A DNA stretch of 62,656 nucleotides, from the IMG/VR virus record IMGVR_UViG_3300025141_013570, positions 1-62,656 of that record; one strand, written 5' to 3'. Numbering within the stretch: position 1 is the first letter of the stretch; every line of letters starts with the position of its first letter. The notes under the pieces are model-generated. The model saw only the letters and a program-made list of their open reading frames with translations. It searched no databases and was not told the origin of the DNA. This stretch comes from a virus. Its lineage: Duplodnaviria > Caudoviricetes. The position numbers were made by a program, and so were the translations under genes. Of this stretch, positions 19,701 through 27,900 are shown one piece after another.

Positions 19701-21212
19701 CTGTAGGGTGTCGAAATAACTGGCTAAAATCTGTGTGAGATATTTAAGCTGCTTTTGACCTTCGATGTCCTCTTCCATAATCCACGCCGGGATTGAATTG
19801 TAAATTGACGCATTGTTGTTAACATCATAGTTTGAGCCAGAGAGCTTCAGTCGGGCGGCGAGTGCGCGCACCTTCGGGTGGAAGGAATGAATAATGGGGT
19901 CTTTAAACTCTCGGATAGCAGCGTTAGAAATTACAATAGCTGATCCTGTGTTCCTCGACGCGCTGCTATAGCCCGTCCAAGCACCGTTGGTAATCCGGCC
20001 CGAATAGTCTAAGACCACAGAATCGATGGCGCTGTTTCCCGTAATGCCCTCGTTAAACTTATAATATACTCCCAGCTGTGTATTGACCTTTTGGGGCGTT
20101 TGGACAAAGGGGGTGGGGTCAGTATTCGTACCCCCTCCAACTTGAGTAAACCAGTATCGACCAATATCTTTTCCGGTACGTTCTGTCTTCCAATAGCGGA
20201 ATTCGTCTAGGGAGCCGGATAGCTTGCCTGCGCCGGCGGGAGCGGAAGAGGCGCTTGGAGAGGCAATCAGGGCCCCAATATGTGCTCGCAAAGCTCCGGT
20301 AACTTCGTTGAGGCCCGAAGAACCAAGGAGTACTTTGTTGTTGAGGGTGCCGTCGACATAAAAACTACTGTCAATACCCGTCGATGAAGAGGCTAGTGTG
20401 AGGGCGTAGTGGTGCCACTTGTTATCGGCAACCGACGCTGTGGTAATAGCCGTAGAAGAAATATTTTGTGTGAAGATGCCCGCGGTGCCCGACATCGCAG
20501 TGAGGCGGAAGGGGGATGTGCCGTCGGGAGAGCCAGTCAACTCTAGCCTTAAACGGCCATGGCTTTGGTGAGTGTATGCTAAACCATTCCACAAATCAAA
20601 TATAACTTCTTTTTGTGTAGATCCTGTTATAAAATTGGGCTTCTTTAACCAGAATTCAACGCTAACCCCTTTATTTTTTAAATCAAACTTAAGATTGTTT
20701 TCGCGGTTCAGAGCGCTTTCATAGTAATTGGAGCCCGTAAATTGTGAGGCAATTGGAGTCATTCCACCCGGATTTGGATGAGGCCCCCCCTTAAAGTAGA
20801 TATATTCGTTGGTGGTAGGAGTACCATAGCCATCGGCCGATATTGCACTAACTGCGCCGCCATTAGCCGAAAAGATAACATAACCATTTGTACGAGGGTA
20901 TGCGTTTTCAAATAGATGCAAGTCCAAATAGGTTGCATCGTTTTCCCACTCTAGTTTCTCTTTCAGAGATCCGTCATAGGGATAATCCTCATAAATACGC
21001 TTTAAAGCTTGATCATAATATTCTTCTGCCGAGCCATATTTCGCAAAATTCTCCGGGAAGCGATAATCCACCTGCGGGATGAATCTCTCCTCCTTAATGA
21101 TATCCTGAGTATGATATCCAACCGATTCGACTTCATCAGCGATCTGGGCCGCTGATTTATTAGTTATCGATTGAACTTCTTTGGCTTTATTAAAATAGTC
21201 TTTAAAACTCAT
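10713..21212 (-). CDS. Giant baseplate-wedge/receptor-binding protein with multiple LamG (concanavalin A-like) domains
   Basis: 3499 aa. LamG signatures: SVEFWLK...WHHYALT...FYVDG...GSLDEFRYW; SFSFWMK...WYHVVATF...LYING...AVWNRELT; FSISFWLY...WQHWTIVY...YVDG...AVWTRPLS. YKSKGTEKSFRNLMRCFGI resembles the KGT motif of P2 gpI-type wedge proteins. Confidence 0.75.
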   Translation of the reverse strand: MSFKDYFNKAKEVQSITNKSAAQIADEVESVGYHTQDIIKEERFIPQVDYRFPENFAKYGSAEEYYDQALKRIYEDYPYDGSLKEKLEWENDATYLDLHLFENAYPRTNGYVIFSANGGAVSAISADGYGTPTTNEYIYFKGGPHPNPGGMTPIASQFTGSNYYESALNRENNLKFDLKNKGVSVEFWLKKPNFITGSTQKEVIFDLWNGLAYTHQSHGRLRLELTGSPDGTSPFRLTAMSGTAGIFTQNISSTAITTASVADNKWHHYALTLASSSTGIDSSFYVDGTLNNKVLLGSSGLNEVTGALRAHIGALIASPSASSAPAGAGKLSGSLDEFRYWKTERTGKDIGRYWFTQVGGGTNTDPTPFVQTPQKVNTQLGVYYKFNEGITGNSAIDSVVLDYSGRITNGAWTGYSSASRNTGSAIVISNAAIREFKDPIIHSFHPKVRALAARLKLSGSNYDVNNNASIYNSIPAWIMEEDIEGQKQLKYLTQILASYFDTLQLQIGSLSKLQTVTYPSSSHKPLPFAEHLLQSAGFVAPELFIDADVLEKLADRSEDRLYEKSLQDIKNTIYHNIYNNLVYIYKSKGTEKSFRNLMRCFGIDDELVKLNVYAGGVEYEVRNNRRNVSVAEKFVDFNTADNKNASVFQFQDPLDTTNTTGIVLGSNHLTGGYAHTLEADILFPKKPDQSATFYFDTNVISASLFGVHQPVSSETNTTWHSLDDTNFQVYAVRDEITSPNVRFVLTGTVGGHVPKLTSPLYQDTYNNSNWNLAVRIKPENYPLAGLAAQAQTGLKYTVELHGVQVEAGVLRNEFTVSETITPPVGFITGSRRTYIGAHRTNFTGSVLQSADVKVNACRYWMDYLNDRALRGHAFDTRNYGSFKPHSYAYPFQASGSYGGEILQADTLAFNWEFSQVTGSNTSGQFTVSDEFSGSAVTAATRFDWLGNILGKQHPALGTGFPASSIKVTDKDFVVASKLQLPENIQSSDAVTVLNLMEQKVFTRESRPIELFYAFEKSMAQALSVEMINYFATLKDIHNIIGEPVNRYRPEYKGLKVLRQRFFSRVSNNEIDFEKFYEFYKWFDSSLTMMLQQLVPASADFAENVRTVIESHMLERSKYQHKFQNVKQQLSAIEGTAVGSEESAEMSASPEDDPQGTGFYSANAYTKRVLGTSQPINFKRWALDHAPPPAAPGGVQPQNQKSIWWQTRAERNNLAIRAAAAKVNKNKQTILTSIKTANKRAQQAPYRFGGSGNYTLGGVGFNQNKRVNFVYRATEPFGPTNNNAAVNVVVGYGSGVEQLRNTTDVYHPAYKQRLGFEMDPDANRSPANTRKADGNLILPFSLYSSSVTDGANAAVVNNYATGTMITNLHHDLVYNSDIPMQSPFTEKFVGGRQYRHTEINAGSDDHLDRAEGWKIEFSGVDSATGADFDTPMLGVVPPNYEGGATNDTRASIPTAQRLRNVGTKRPVNIQNIKMVTSSLGTRLSGVLAQGSIGNYQKNYQVVQSNAREKNDPFFNDQSFDFALNPETLATRGRPPLTPLTRKSLYFDGSNQAVYWGAVSVSEWEPYIGGSGNDALPVSFSFWMKADTGGDAWPQLIRFGSNQQRNIQIYDSDGSFTTFRLEWRINADTTIGIVRSTTGGMTAGTWYHVVATFAGGNTGAQNLYINGTLDNAYVTPVEDPMDLTSGNPFIGGSNALNSYKGYLCDAAVWNRELTAAEAKSLYGAGSRVNPAMTVPDQLLSWLPLGSGPGDNISDDILPDQAYNVKKWNGDPANSPTIVDDSPPFGGYGSYTQNPGGDLDYNLPQRTGANSNQSIIVNRFAGCGYEVMSRGYMDPAHEELSVYNALPYRNLAVINYGLSGSASVDPIAAQTITVVDQIGKNRGLDQRSSLHCGPFGSDAAYGSVPALTYVTTPSYHKTNRNATNVSPKFIPVPTVGFSPGSHDGRAIELGTVTRWNELIGAGKDFSISFWLYLEDYDDFGTMVFTLGNYSHLSLWKTTASANWKIELWAGSMSPPGSAVKLGQWQHWTIVYDDDHPSIECKCYVDGVYVVGSNNNNTGYSSYPLNLGKYHSATSYNLIGNLANFAVWTRPLSALDVEQLYADGPGSDKQRAWLTDGPTRFNNTSVEWPPGISRNLVAWYRFSKRYGDTQSRIINQRPDRELDSKAVGPYSLAPASGSFYHWDFLPTYDNHYVQHAIPRSTQQYSWVTSSLANGRTIGSLYAPSAISASVIPGILSGSQINKAVTFNGMSLVTIDPVNANLGTLGFTLGTGSFDNSPTSSYLNPLNPYGIDSRRYPAALNFLNTVRNGPYGYPTWKQIRTGEGAVARRMRQENLIGALVPPPTVAGANGFIEGLKSNQAINYKEGPVDYGRSRPMIVAFEDNTTDPDEANNVVLKVPFQGKLEYFDNEGLNSRLGLQNRYVLTSENAVDTIRDYGLSSSLSAMYRYGQKAYPAITNAGTAEVRTRQNYSILDVWNDVRNLRSLPAGAYALDGATRAISSSVWPLDANLSVNFTGTVPGPAGWAVSFSRDNFASDILPRSVLDTPFRRYGAGILQNPYCRWGVSGSNTTGTPWPSASAGGFSISASVSYVMPIYGGGREYAPDGKHPGEGVILAEDGPYNILGNQAWTAATQTGIKPYKPYSVYSDNLQKLGKGMSIVPEFRISEHLEQYEELGYDYLNKLNNLFTLTGSTYPDSSYGEFYKTYTNADFLKFFKIVDDKLQGKANQDGKPLVRYSLDLKCDALLQFLPYKGFYPAERSVELGRLFKKSMADYDLSQYTEMAITGQPTLNPGGPRLTDAFSRILMEPLMAPGILFNSIKSGIGVGNFVVVNRAVDPGPTGISGPSADLEEYTPRIAGAPIMLPMLAGTLNTTPGKAGGPWLQVYGNTMNISTNYLNLANGSSSVDHFSGGGLNPAYTGGYYMHKIPFDAIRDPERYLNKQSVPNACIFDTGMGSASFMHATQNQMLAARRSYVRYSSNAASQLYKFAIDNFLCETYNFFQSQPKTFLSEEEDNFLSVKKDHYYGMKVVLKQPSWKYAGPNAGYPVHANNNLCPLQFGMYNNPMSFGPPLATYLSQSTSWGAGYTSLLAPTWEHVLPPHFYGQCEANIIFKAPYSGKASLDDIQAYSVIEYDKDVQLNRIHRRWRDLYNTSKENHGGNAIPMSRLTIFNQITSSVNIVEKLLVVPDGTTEQKARWMIQPKWETPVMNFYDVSSSATPGARGFYAASVSDQFPPSLGTTNPWGGTDPPKQFTRAIPVRGMWHQYGSIPTGSSGIFLSVEEIGGAAGRSSYNSTNYGEIEINSLPKIVGFDTIEKRIGTLQEGKLIEEAIVCVPFITTAGDRRFFDIDTDTQEFETQSSLLNKYIFPPTFDFLINETVNPIAFYAFEFSATLDQEDLQRIWQNLPPKLAESSKFQKQTSRIKIRGLVDRLLESDRDLQWMVFKVKRKAEKDYNIFKRKSLTEGTPIVQSSLDTPYTYNWPYDYFSLVELVSIDQEAVYTTEDLTEGLE

Positions 21213-21219
21213 ACCTTAA

Positions 21220-22713
21220 TTATTTTTCAACCCTAAATTTGAACGTTTGTGGCTGCTCTTGCCAGTCTCCTATACTATCATTGTAATAAGATAATTTAAT
21301 TTGATACATATATCCGCTTTCTAATAGGGACATATCTAAATCGAAATAATTTCCTTCTTTGTCATAAGACAAAAATGTGGAGTAATTGGAGCCCGTTCCA
21401 TAAGGTATGGCGTTAAGATTGTCGGTAACTCGTCGAATACTGTATGAAGCGCTGGTTATAATGTCAGTTGGATTTACAGACGTAGCCTTCGTATAGATTG
21501 TCGGATTCCAGTTTTTGTCTCTCACAAAAAATCTAAAGCGAGCCTTGTCGCTTGGTGCATATGTTTTCTTTAAGTTCTTACAGCTAGTGATGCGATTGAA
21601 AGTCGGCGCAGACTGGAATGTTGGCAATACTTCAGGGTATATTGATCCAGTAAAATACTCGACGGCGCCACTGTGCCACACATCAAAAAGCGCAGTTAGT
21701 GGAGTCGCGGCAGCTGTAATAGCCACTTGGGCCCTGTATATTCCGGCACTAATGTGTGTGCCCGTTACGTTGAGGGCAGCATTGTGTAGGGTCATCTTAG
21801 ACGCCGTGGGTGCTGTCGACCCGGAATACAGAGACATTAGAATATTGTTTGTCCCCACCGCTGGAATATTTACCAAACGGCCACGAACATAATTATAGAG
21901 ATAGAGGTTATTAAGATTGTCAGCAGCAGGGGCGAGAGAACTAGAATAGAAGAAGTTCTCACGATCATCCTGCACGCGAGAATCCCAGCGGGCTTCTAAA
22001 ACAGGCCGCTTAAAGAAGAATTCCGTCGAGCGAGCGAAAAAACGCTTCGTATAATAAGACTGGGTTGCTCCGTTGGGGTTGTTGATTAAAACCGAGGTAT
22101 TCTGTCCTGTTGAACTAGAGAAGTAAGCTTCCTGGCTAGCTGTCAGTCGGAGGCCGACGCCGTAGTTAGTAAGAGATCCGCCGATCCACTTCTCCACCAA
22201 AGGAGTAATATTGACCTCCATGTTTTCATAACCCATCGGGAAGGAAACGTTATAGTTAGAGCCAGTTCGATAGTCCCCACCAATTGTTGTCCAGCTGGTG
22301 GTGTTGTTGGCCTTTAGCCAATTAGATGTTCCCAAGTCCTTGTATTCATCCATATCTAGACCGGTACCCTCAACCCATGATCTAGAAATGGGAGCAACCA
22401 CGATATTAAACCCCTGTGGTAGTGTGAAGGGGTGCTCGGCATTAAAGACTTTAAGGTAAAACGATACGCTTCCGCTGGCGGGAATTGTGCCTGCGGTGCG
22501 AGCAGCGGAAATGCGAGTAACAGGAAAGTTTACAAGAGCGCGTGAAAGCTCTTGTGTGAGGCCAGCAGAGCCCGTTCCTTGGCCGTAGAGCGAGAAGACT
22601 GCAAGAGAGTCAGCATAGCCCATGTTAGAGCCCGTGCCGCGCGTTGTGAGGCCTCCTTCGAAGGCGTTCGTAACCGTAGTGTCAGCACTGGCTGTGTACC
22701 GAAAAATCGCCAT
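21220..22713 (-). CDS. Baseplate-associated protein with DNRLRE/CBM96-like jelly-roll
   Basis: 497 aa. ADTTV...SRALVNF...YLKVF...SWVEGTG...NITPLVEKW...NYGVGL...RPVLEARW follows the DNRLRE-like pattern. Directly downstream of the gp6-like gene. Confidence 0.55.
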   Translation of the reverse strand: MAIFRYTASADTTVTNAFEGGLTTRGTGSNMGYADSLAVFSLYGQGTGSAGLTQELSRALVNFPVTRISAARTAGTIPASGSVSFYLKVFNAEHPFTLPQGFNIVVAPISRSWVEGTGLDMDEYKDLGTSNWLKANNTTSWTTIGGDYRTGSNYNVSFPMGYENMEVNITPLVEKWIGGSLTNYGVGLRLTASQEAYFSSSTGQNTSVLINNPNGATQSYYTKRFFARSTEFFFKRPVLEARWDSRVQDDRENFFYSSSLAPAADNLNNLYLYNYVRGRLVNIPAVGTNNILMSLYSGSTAPTASKMTLHNAALNVTGTHISAGIYRAQVAITAAATPLTALFDVWHSGAVEYFTGSIYPEVLPTFQSAPTFNRITSCKNLKKTYAPSDKARFRFFVRDKNWNPTIYTKATSVNPTDIITSASYSIRRVTDNLNAIPYGTGSNYSTFLSYDKEGNYFDLDMSLLESGYMYQIKLSYYNDSIGDWQEQPQTFKFRVEK

Positions 22714-24509
22714 TAGCCGATGGTTCCTTTAATGTCCACGTTTGGAAACTTAAGTTCAAAAATTGCTGTGGAAGGCGCGCGGAGGATATTACCATCGCTA
22801 GATAAAGCAGCCTCAAAATCAAAATTACTCTGGCTATATTGTCCCGCCTGCTTGGGAACGATTTCTATATACTGAACTCCCTGAACTCCTCGTACGCCTA
22901 TTATCTCGCGCTGAATGTCGGCAATCTGAATAGATTCTCCTATGTCGAATTGATTTTCTTCATAATAAGCGTTTAAAGTGTCGTTAATTCTATTTAAAAC
23001 AGTGTATTTGCTGCTATTTGCATCAATGGTGACGCGATAACTAATCCCAAAATTTATAATTTCAGCATCTAATATGTCTATTGTATCGTTAATCATGCGG
23101 TAACCGCCGAGCCACGTGGCCACATTCCGCTTTAGCGTTCCATTGGAAGCAATCAGTTTACCACTAACGTCAGTCGACACCACATACAAATTCAAGTTTT
23201 TCTTAAACTCGGCGAAATCCTTTACAATAGTGGCGCGATGAACTGACCCAAACTTGCCGGGCATCCCATATACAATGGACTGATAGTCTTGAGCTGTAAC
23301 TGCTCGGTTCTGTGTCGCAAAATAGCTTATAACCCGTTGCTTAATTTCTTCAGAGGAGGGAAGAGCAATATCTCCCACAAAGGGCTCGTCATTCGTTACT
23401 TCCAAAGAAGATTCTACTGCCGTACGAGTAGCAGAAAGAAGTGTCGACAAGTCGCCCGAGAAGTTAAAAATTGGCGCCTGAACAGTCATAATAGAATTAA
23501 TAGAAGCGTTTACGTCTGCGGTAGTATTAATGCGGTAAGCAATACGTAAGGTAGTATCAGCGGGAGCAACGCCCAGCTTGTCATTTGAAATAAGTTTGGT
23601 GGGATCAAAATCCGGGTCTGTTATATAATTCCTTCCGTGTAAGTCTAACATTAAACTTGTAGGATCTAAAACAGAATTGTTTAACAATTCTGAATCGGAG
23701 CCATGGCCAAACTGCAAGTATGATCTAGTGGAAGTTTGTTCGAGCACAAATCTGCGAGCTACCGGCACCGCTTTGAGAATATTTGGAACTGTCGAGCGAG
23801 TGGTCGCACTGTTGCGAATTGCTTTATAGATAGTATTTTGAGAAAGATTGTCTACTTGCACATATTCATGGCCCTCGCTATCAACGACACTAATAATGTC
23901 AGCCACGCGAGCATTACTTAACGGAACTTGTAAAAAGCGTTGAAATGCTCCGATTTTCACCTCCTCCACGGCGGCTCGACCAGAAACGGCGCGACCCAGA
24001 GCACGAATAATATAAGATGTTGCCTCTCCGGCTGCAGATGCCTCAGCAGCTACCACCTGGTTGCCGGCGGCGGCAAAATTAATGCTATCTATAAGAGTAT
24101 ATGCTCCTCCCCCCGTCGAGCCAAAGGTGGATCCAGCACCCAAAACTGGGGCATACTCTAGATCTGGGCCGCCGCCGATGGTGGCAGCGGGTACCTTTAT
24201 ATAAAACGTAAGGAGGCCATAAGATGAGGGGCTCGCGGGGAGTCTAAAACCAAACTGGCGGGCGTGGCGCACTACGTTATCATATTGTACCGAGGAGTCT
24301 AGAAAGCTTTCGTTTGCTTCGTAGTCCACATAAAAGGATAAGATATCCCCAATGTATGCCACGGTGTCGAGCATCAAAGATCCAAACGAAGCCTCACTAA
24401 AATCTCCATAAGTATTGGGATAATACCTTTTCGCATAATTTTCTAAGTCATTGCGAATTGAAGAATAATCTCTATTAGTATAATTTATAGCAGGCGGTTT
24501 TTTAGGCAT
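22713..24509 (-). CDS. Baseplate wedge protein (T4 gp6 / baseplate J-like)
   Basis: 598 aa. INYTNRDYSSIRNDL...DFSEASFGSLMLDTVAYIGDILSFYVD...NESFL and QNRAVTAQDY are typical gp6 motifs. Confidence 0.9.
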   Translation of the reverse strand: MPKKPPAINYTNRDYSSIRNDLENYAKRYYPNTYGDFSEASFGSLMLDTVAYIGDILSFYVDYEANESFLDSSVQYDNVVRHARQFGFRLPASPSSYGLLTFYIKVPAATIGGGPDLEYAPVLGAGSTFGSTGGGAYTLIDSINFAAAGNQVVAAEASAAGEATSYIIRALGRAVSGRAAVEEVKIGAFQRFLQVPLSNARVADIISVVDSEGHEYVQVDNLSQNTIYKAIRNSATTRSTVPNILKAVPVARRFVLEQTSTRSYLQFGHGSDSELLNNSVLDPTSLMLDLHGRNYITDPDFDPTKLISNDKLGVAPADTTLRIAYRINTTADVNASINSIMTVQAPIFNFSGDLSTLLSATRTAVESSLEVTNDEPFVGDIALPSSEEIKQRVISYFATQNRAVTAQDYQSIVYGMPGKFGSVHRATIVKDFAEFKKNLNLYVVSTDVSGKLIASNGTLKRNVATWLGGYRMINDTIDILDAEIINFGISYRVTIDANSSKYTVLNRINDTLNAYYEENQFDIGESIQIADIQREIIGVRGVQGVQYIEIVPKQAGQYSQSNFDFEAALSSDGNILRAPSTAIFELKFPNVDIKGTIG

Positions 24510-24523
24510 TGTAGGTTTCCATC

Positions 24524-24533
24524 ATTAATTAGT
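24524..24533 (-). promoter_or_regulatory. Putative late promoter (ACTAATTAAT)
   Basis: Same motif upstream of the gp6-like gene; overlaps the gp25 stop codon. Confidence 0.45.
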
Positions 24534-24921
24534 TGTCAAACTGTATTTCAAGCATTGTACTCGTCTGTAAAGGAAGTATTGTAAATTCTATTGCAATAGA
24601 AATATCATTTGGAAAAAGATCTGGTGAATTTTCAGGAACTGAAAAGTCTATCCTGTTGACCTGAATATACTTCAAATATCGTTTAGTTTGTTCCAATATA
24701 CGGTCGTTGATCGTCTCATATGTGGAGGGGTCATTCAACTCAAAAAGATACCTCTTCACCCCCACACCAAAATCGGGATTCATCATACGTTCGCCCGGGT
24801 TTGTCAGCAGCAGCATTTTAAAGTTCTGTCGCGCTAATGAAACATAGTCGGTTATTAAGTTATATGGCCCAAAAACACTGTCTATTGTTAAGGGTAGTTT
24901 AGGTGAGATCCCAGATGACAT
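24529..24921 (-). CDS. Baseplate wedge subunit, GPW/gp25 family
   Basis: 130 aa. QNFKMLLLTNPGERMMNPDFGVGVKRYLFE is the gp25 signature. Confidence 0.93.
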   Translation of the reverse strand: MSSGISPKLPLTIDSVFGPYNLITDYVSLARQNFKMLLLTNPGERMMNPDFGVGVKRYLFELNDPSTYETINDRILEQTKRYLKYIQVNRIDFSVPENSPDLFPNDISIAIEFTILPLQTSTMLEIQFDN

Positions 24922-24941
24922 AAAAATAATCCTCTATATAA

Positions 24942-27900
24942 TTAACACTCACTTGCATTTTCGCCTGAAACATTATCCATTCCATCGTCCACGTCAAAGG
25001 CATCTTCAAGTTTGTCTTCAAGAAGCCCCTTTAGAAGCATCAATAGTAAGTAGACAATACCAAAGGGGCCCGGAGGCATACAAAGGAGGCCTAAAAATGT
25101 ACCCGTAAAGTCGACGCCCTCTACTGTAATTTTGGGGAAGAAGTTGTCTTTAACTTCATCCGGAACATTATTTCGAAGGTCCCGAGGATCTTCCATGCCG
25201 GCCGTATATTTAAGGCCTTCCCAGCCCTCGCCCCCGGGGATTGTAAAGGGCTCCTTGGGGGGATTCCCGATAAAGACTGCGCCGGGGATTCCCAGGAGCC
25301 CAGTGCCCAAGAAGTTCTCGGAATCAATAGCAGGTAGGCGCCCCTCCGTCTCCTGTGCGGCAGTGCCTTCTCCCAAAACAAATCCTGCTTGGGTTGCCTT
25401 CATTGCCACAGCCAGCAGACAGAAAAGTATCCTTAAAACCCCTTCCCCATCTATATTGGGAGCAACACCCGGCATCATATTCTCGGCGCCGGGGGAGTCG
25501 TCGTACTCCGGAGAGTCGGGCGGAACCGGCATCTCTTTTAAGGGATTCAGGGCGCCCGATGTATCAATGCCTCCAGCCATTGTGCCGAAAGCAAACCCCG
25601 TAACATCTCTAACAATCTTCCAAATAGCCACGTGAGGATCAAGCATTTCGCTCACGCCCCGCAAAATTTGGATAGGAGTTTCAATAAGCATTTTGAGAAT
25701 AAAATCAATAGCCGACTGTTTGAGGCCCGATAAGGGATCGTCGCTGTTTGCCATCATAGCAGCCTCTGCTTGAGGAGAAACTCTTTCCGGCTGTGTAAAC
25801 CCGTCTTCATTGAGCACGGAATCTACAAAGATTTGAATGCACCTTTGTTTCGGAGCAAGGAGGAGTTTATCATATTGAGGGAAAAAGTTTGTAGTAAGAT
25901 AGTAATTTTCCATTATGGGAACCATGGTGATGAGATCCCGATTAAACGCTTTCCCAAAATAGTCCTCAAAAACCGGGTCGGCGATAATACCTATTAATTC
26001 GCTATTGGTGGCCTCTTTACCGTAATCGCTAAGTTGAGTCTGGAGTATCGGCTCCTCTCGGGTTCCGTATTGAGTAACCCCATCAATTTCCATGAGGCCA
26101 TGGCGAAGTTCGGTTTCACCAATTGATACCTGGTTGGCCAAGGGAATCCTAAGGTCTAGCCTGGACAAAACGAACCTTGCGGGGGGATTCACAGAAGATT
26201 GGTGCATCTCGGGGCCGCGGAGATGTGGCGCGAGGCCTATGTTTTTTGATAGCCGCGGCCGATCGGCCTGCGCAACTCCTCCATACTCATTGCCACTATG
26301 ATTTCCGCAATATGGGCTATAATACACTATATCGTATTTAAGACCCACTCCCTCAAACTGGATGGGGCTCAAGGTTGTCGGGTCGCCGAAGATATCTTGG
26401 GTTACATTGCGCTCGGAGGCCCCGGCAGACTGATTGAATAGCATTTCTTTAAATAATTCTATTTCAATTCCATAGTTCTCTCCGGTTGTTGCTGTTAATA
26501 TTTCTGGTACCGTACCATTTTCAAGGTGGGCAACGTTCTCCCACACTACTTTTCGCTCTAGCACAATTTTACCATACCGCAAAAAGGAAAAACCATCTAT
26601 ATCTCCAGCTCGTGCATCCATTTGGGAGCGCAATGAGCGCTCGGCAATCGTGTTTCGGCCCAGGTTCTGAAAATGTGTTTCGTTCCCAAGCAGTCCTGGG
26701 AAAACGCCAATACCACCGCCAGCAGCTTCGTTTACTTTTAGTCTAATTCGTTTCCCGGCCAGGTCGTCATCAACGGCCCAGGACTGCTTTCCTTGGCCTC
26801 TGGGACCGCTGCCAAAATTCATGGCTTCGAAGCCCAAAATGTCTTCTACAAAGGCTCGTGTTAACTTCTTTGGAGAAAGGTTTGGCGACGACTTCGTTAC
26901 TGCATTGGCGACAGCTGTCTTAGACTTAAGAATACGCTGCCCGGCACAGAATTCCACTATAGCGGGGAAGTCTGGGGCACTAAACGTTTTGCCCGCGGGG
27001 AAAATGACATCGCCCGCCACATTGGTGAGGCCCCCTTTAGCAACTGCCGAAGAGCGCGCTGCCTTTTTAGTAAAATACTCCACCATCTTTCGACTGATGA
27101 GGGGCTGGCTTTTTACCATGTCTAAAACTTTTTCGCGAATCTGAATTGAGAGGAACTCTTTAGTAAGAGGAGACCCCAACAAATCGTCAACGTGGTAGGC
27201 TGAAAAAACAAAAATATTTTTAATGATAAATTGAGCAATATGAATTTGAATAAGTAACAGAAACATGCCATACCGGATGACGTCTCGTATCTTTCCTTCC
27301 ATGCCCTGTAGACCGGGCGGCTTATCGTGACACAGAGCGTCGGCCATCTCGTCATTAAGTTCTTTCATGAGTCCGTTAATGTCTAGCAGATCGGCTACAT
27401 CGTCCGGGAGACAATTGCGGTTATCATGGAAGAAGGTAAGAGAGTTAAGTTTTGTAATATCAAAAACTCCATTAGTTCTTATGTAGTTAAAGCTGCTTTC
27501 TACGAGCCCGGCAAAAGCGCTCGGAAACAACAGCGTATCCAAATCTCTCTCTAATAGTTTGTATGCCGTAGGAGTGCCATAAAGATCCGGGCTCTCAACC
27601 TCATACTGGGCCAGAATGGGGTCACTAAATAGGCCGATATACGGATTGACATTTCGCGCTGGTGCGAATCCCGGGGGCTCATCAATATTAAAATCTATGG
27701 CTGCCGAGGACGTCGGCAGCAGAGCCGAATTAAGGACAACCTGTACATATTGTCCGTTAGCTTCGGCCGAGGATTTCATTGGGTATGTGATACGCAAGGC
27801 ATCTATATCAGAAGTTGTGTCGGCTAACACGGGCTCAAGTTTGGGGATGCCGCTACTATAAGTCTGCCCAGAACTAACCCATTGTCGTGGGCCCACGCGC

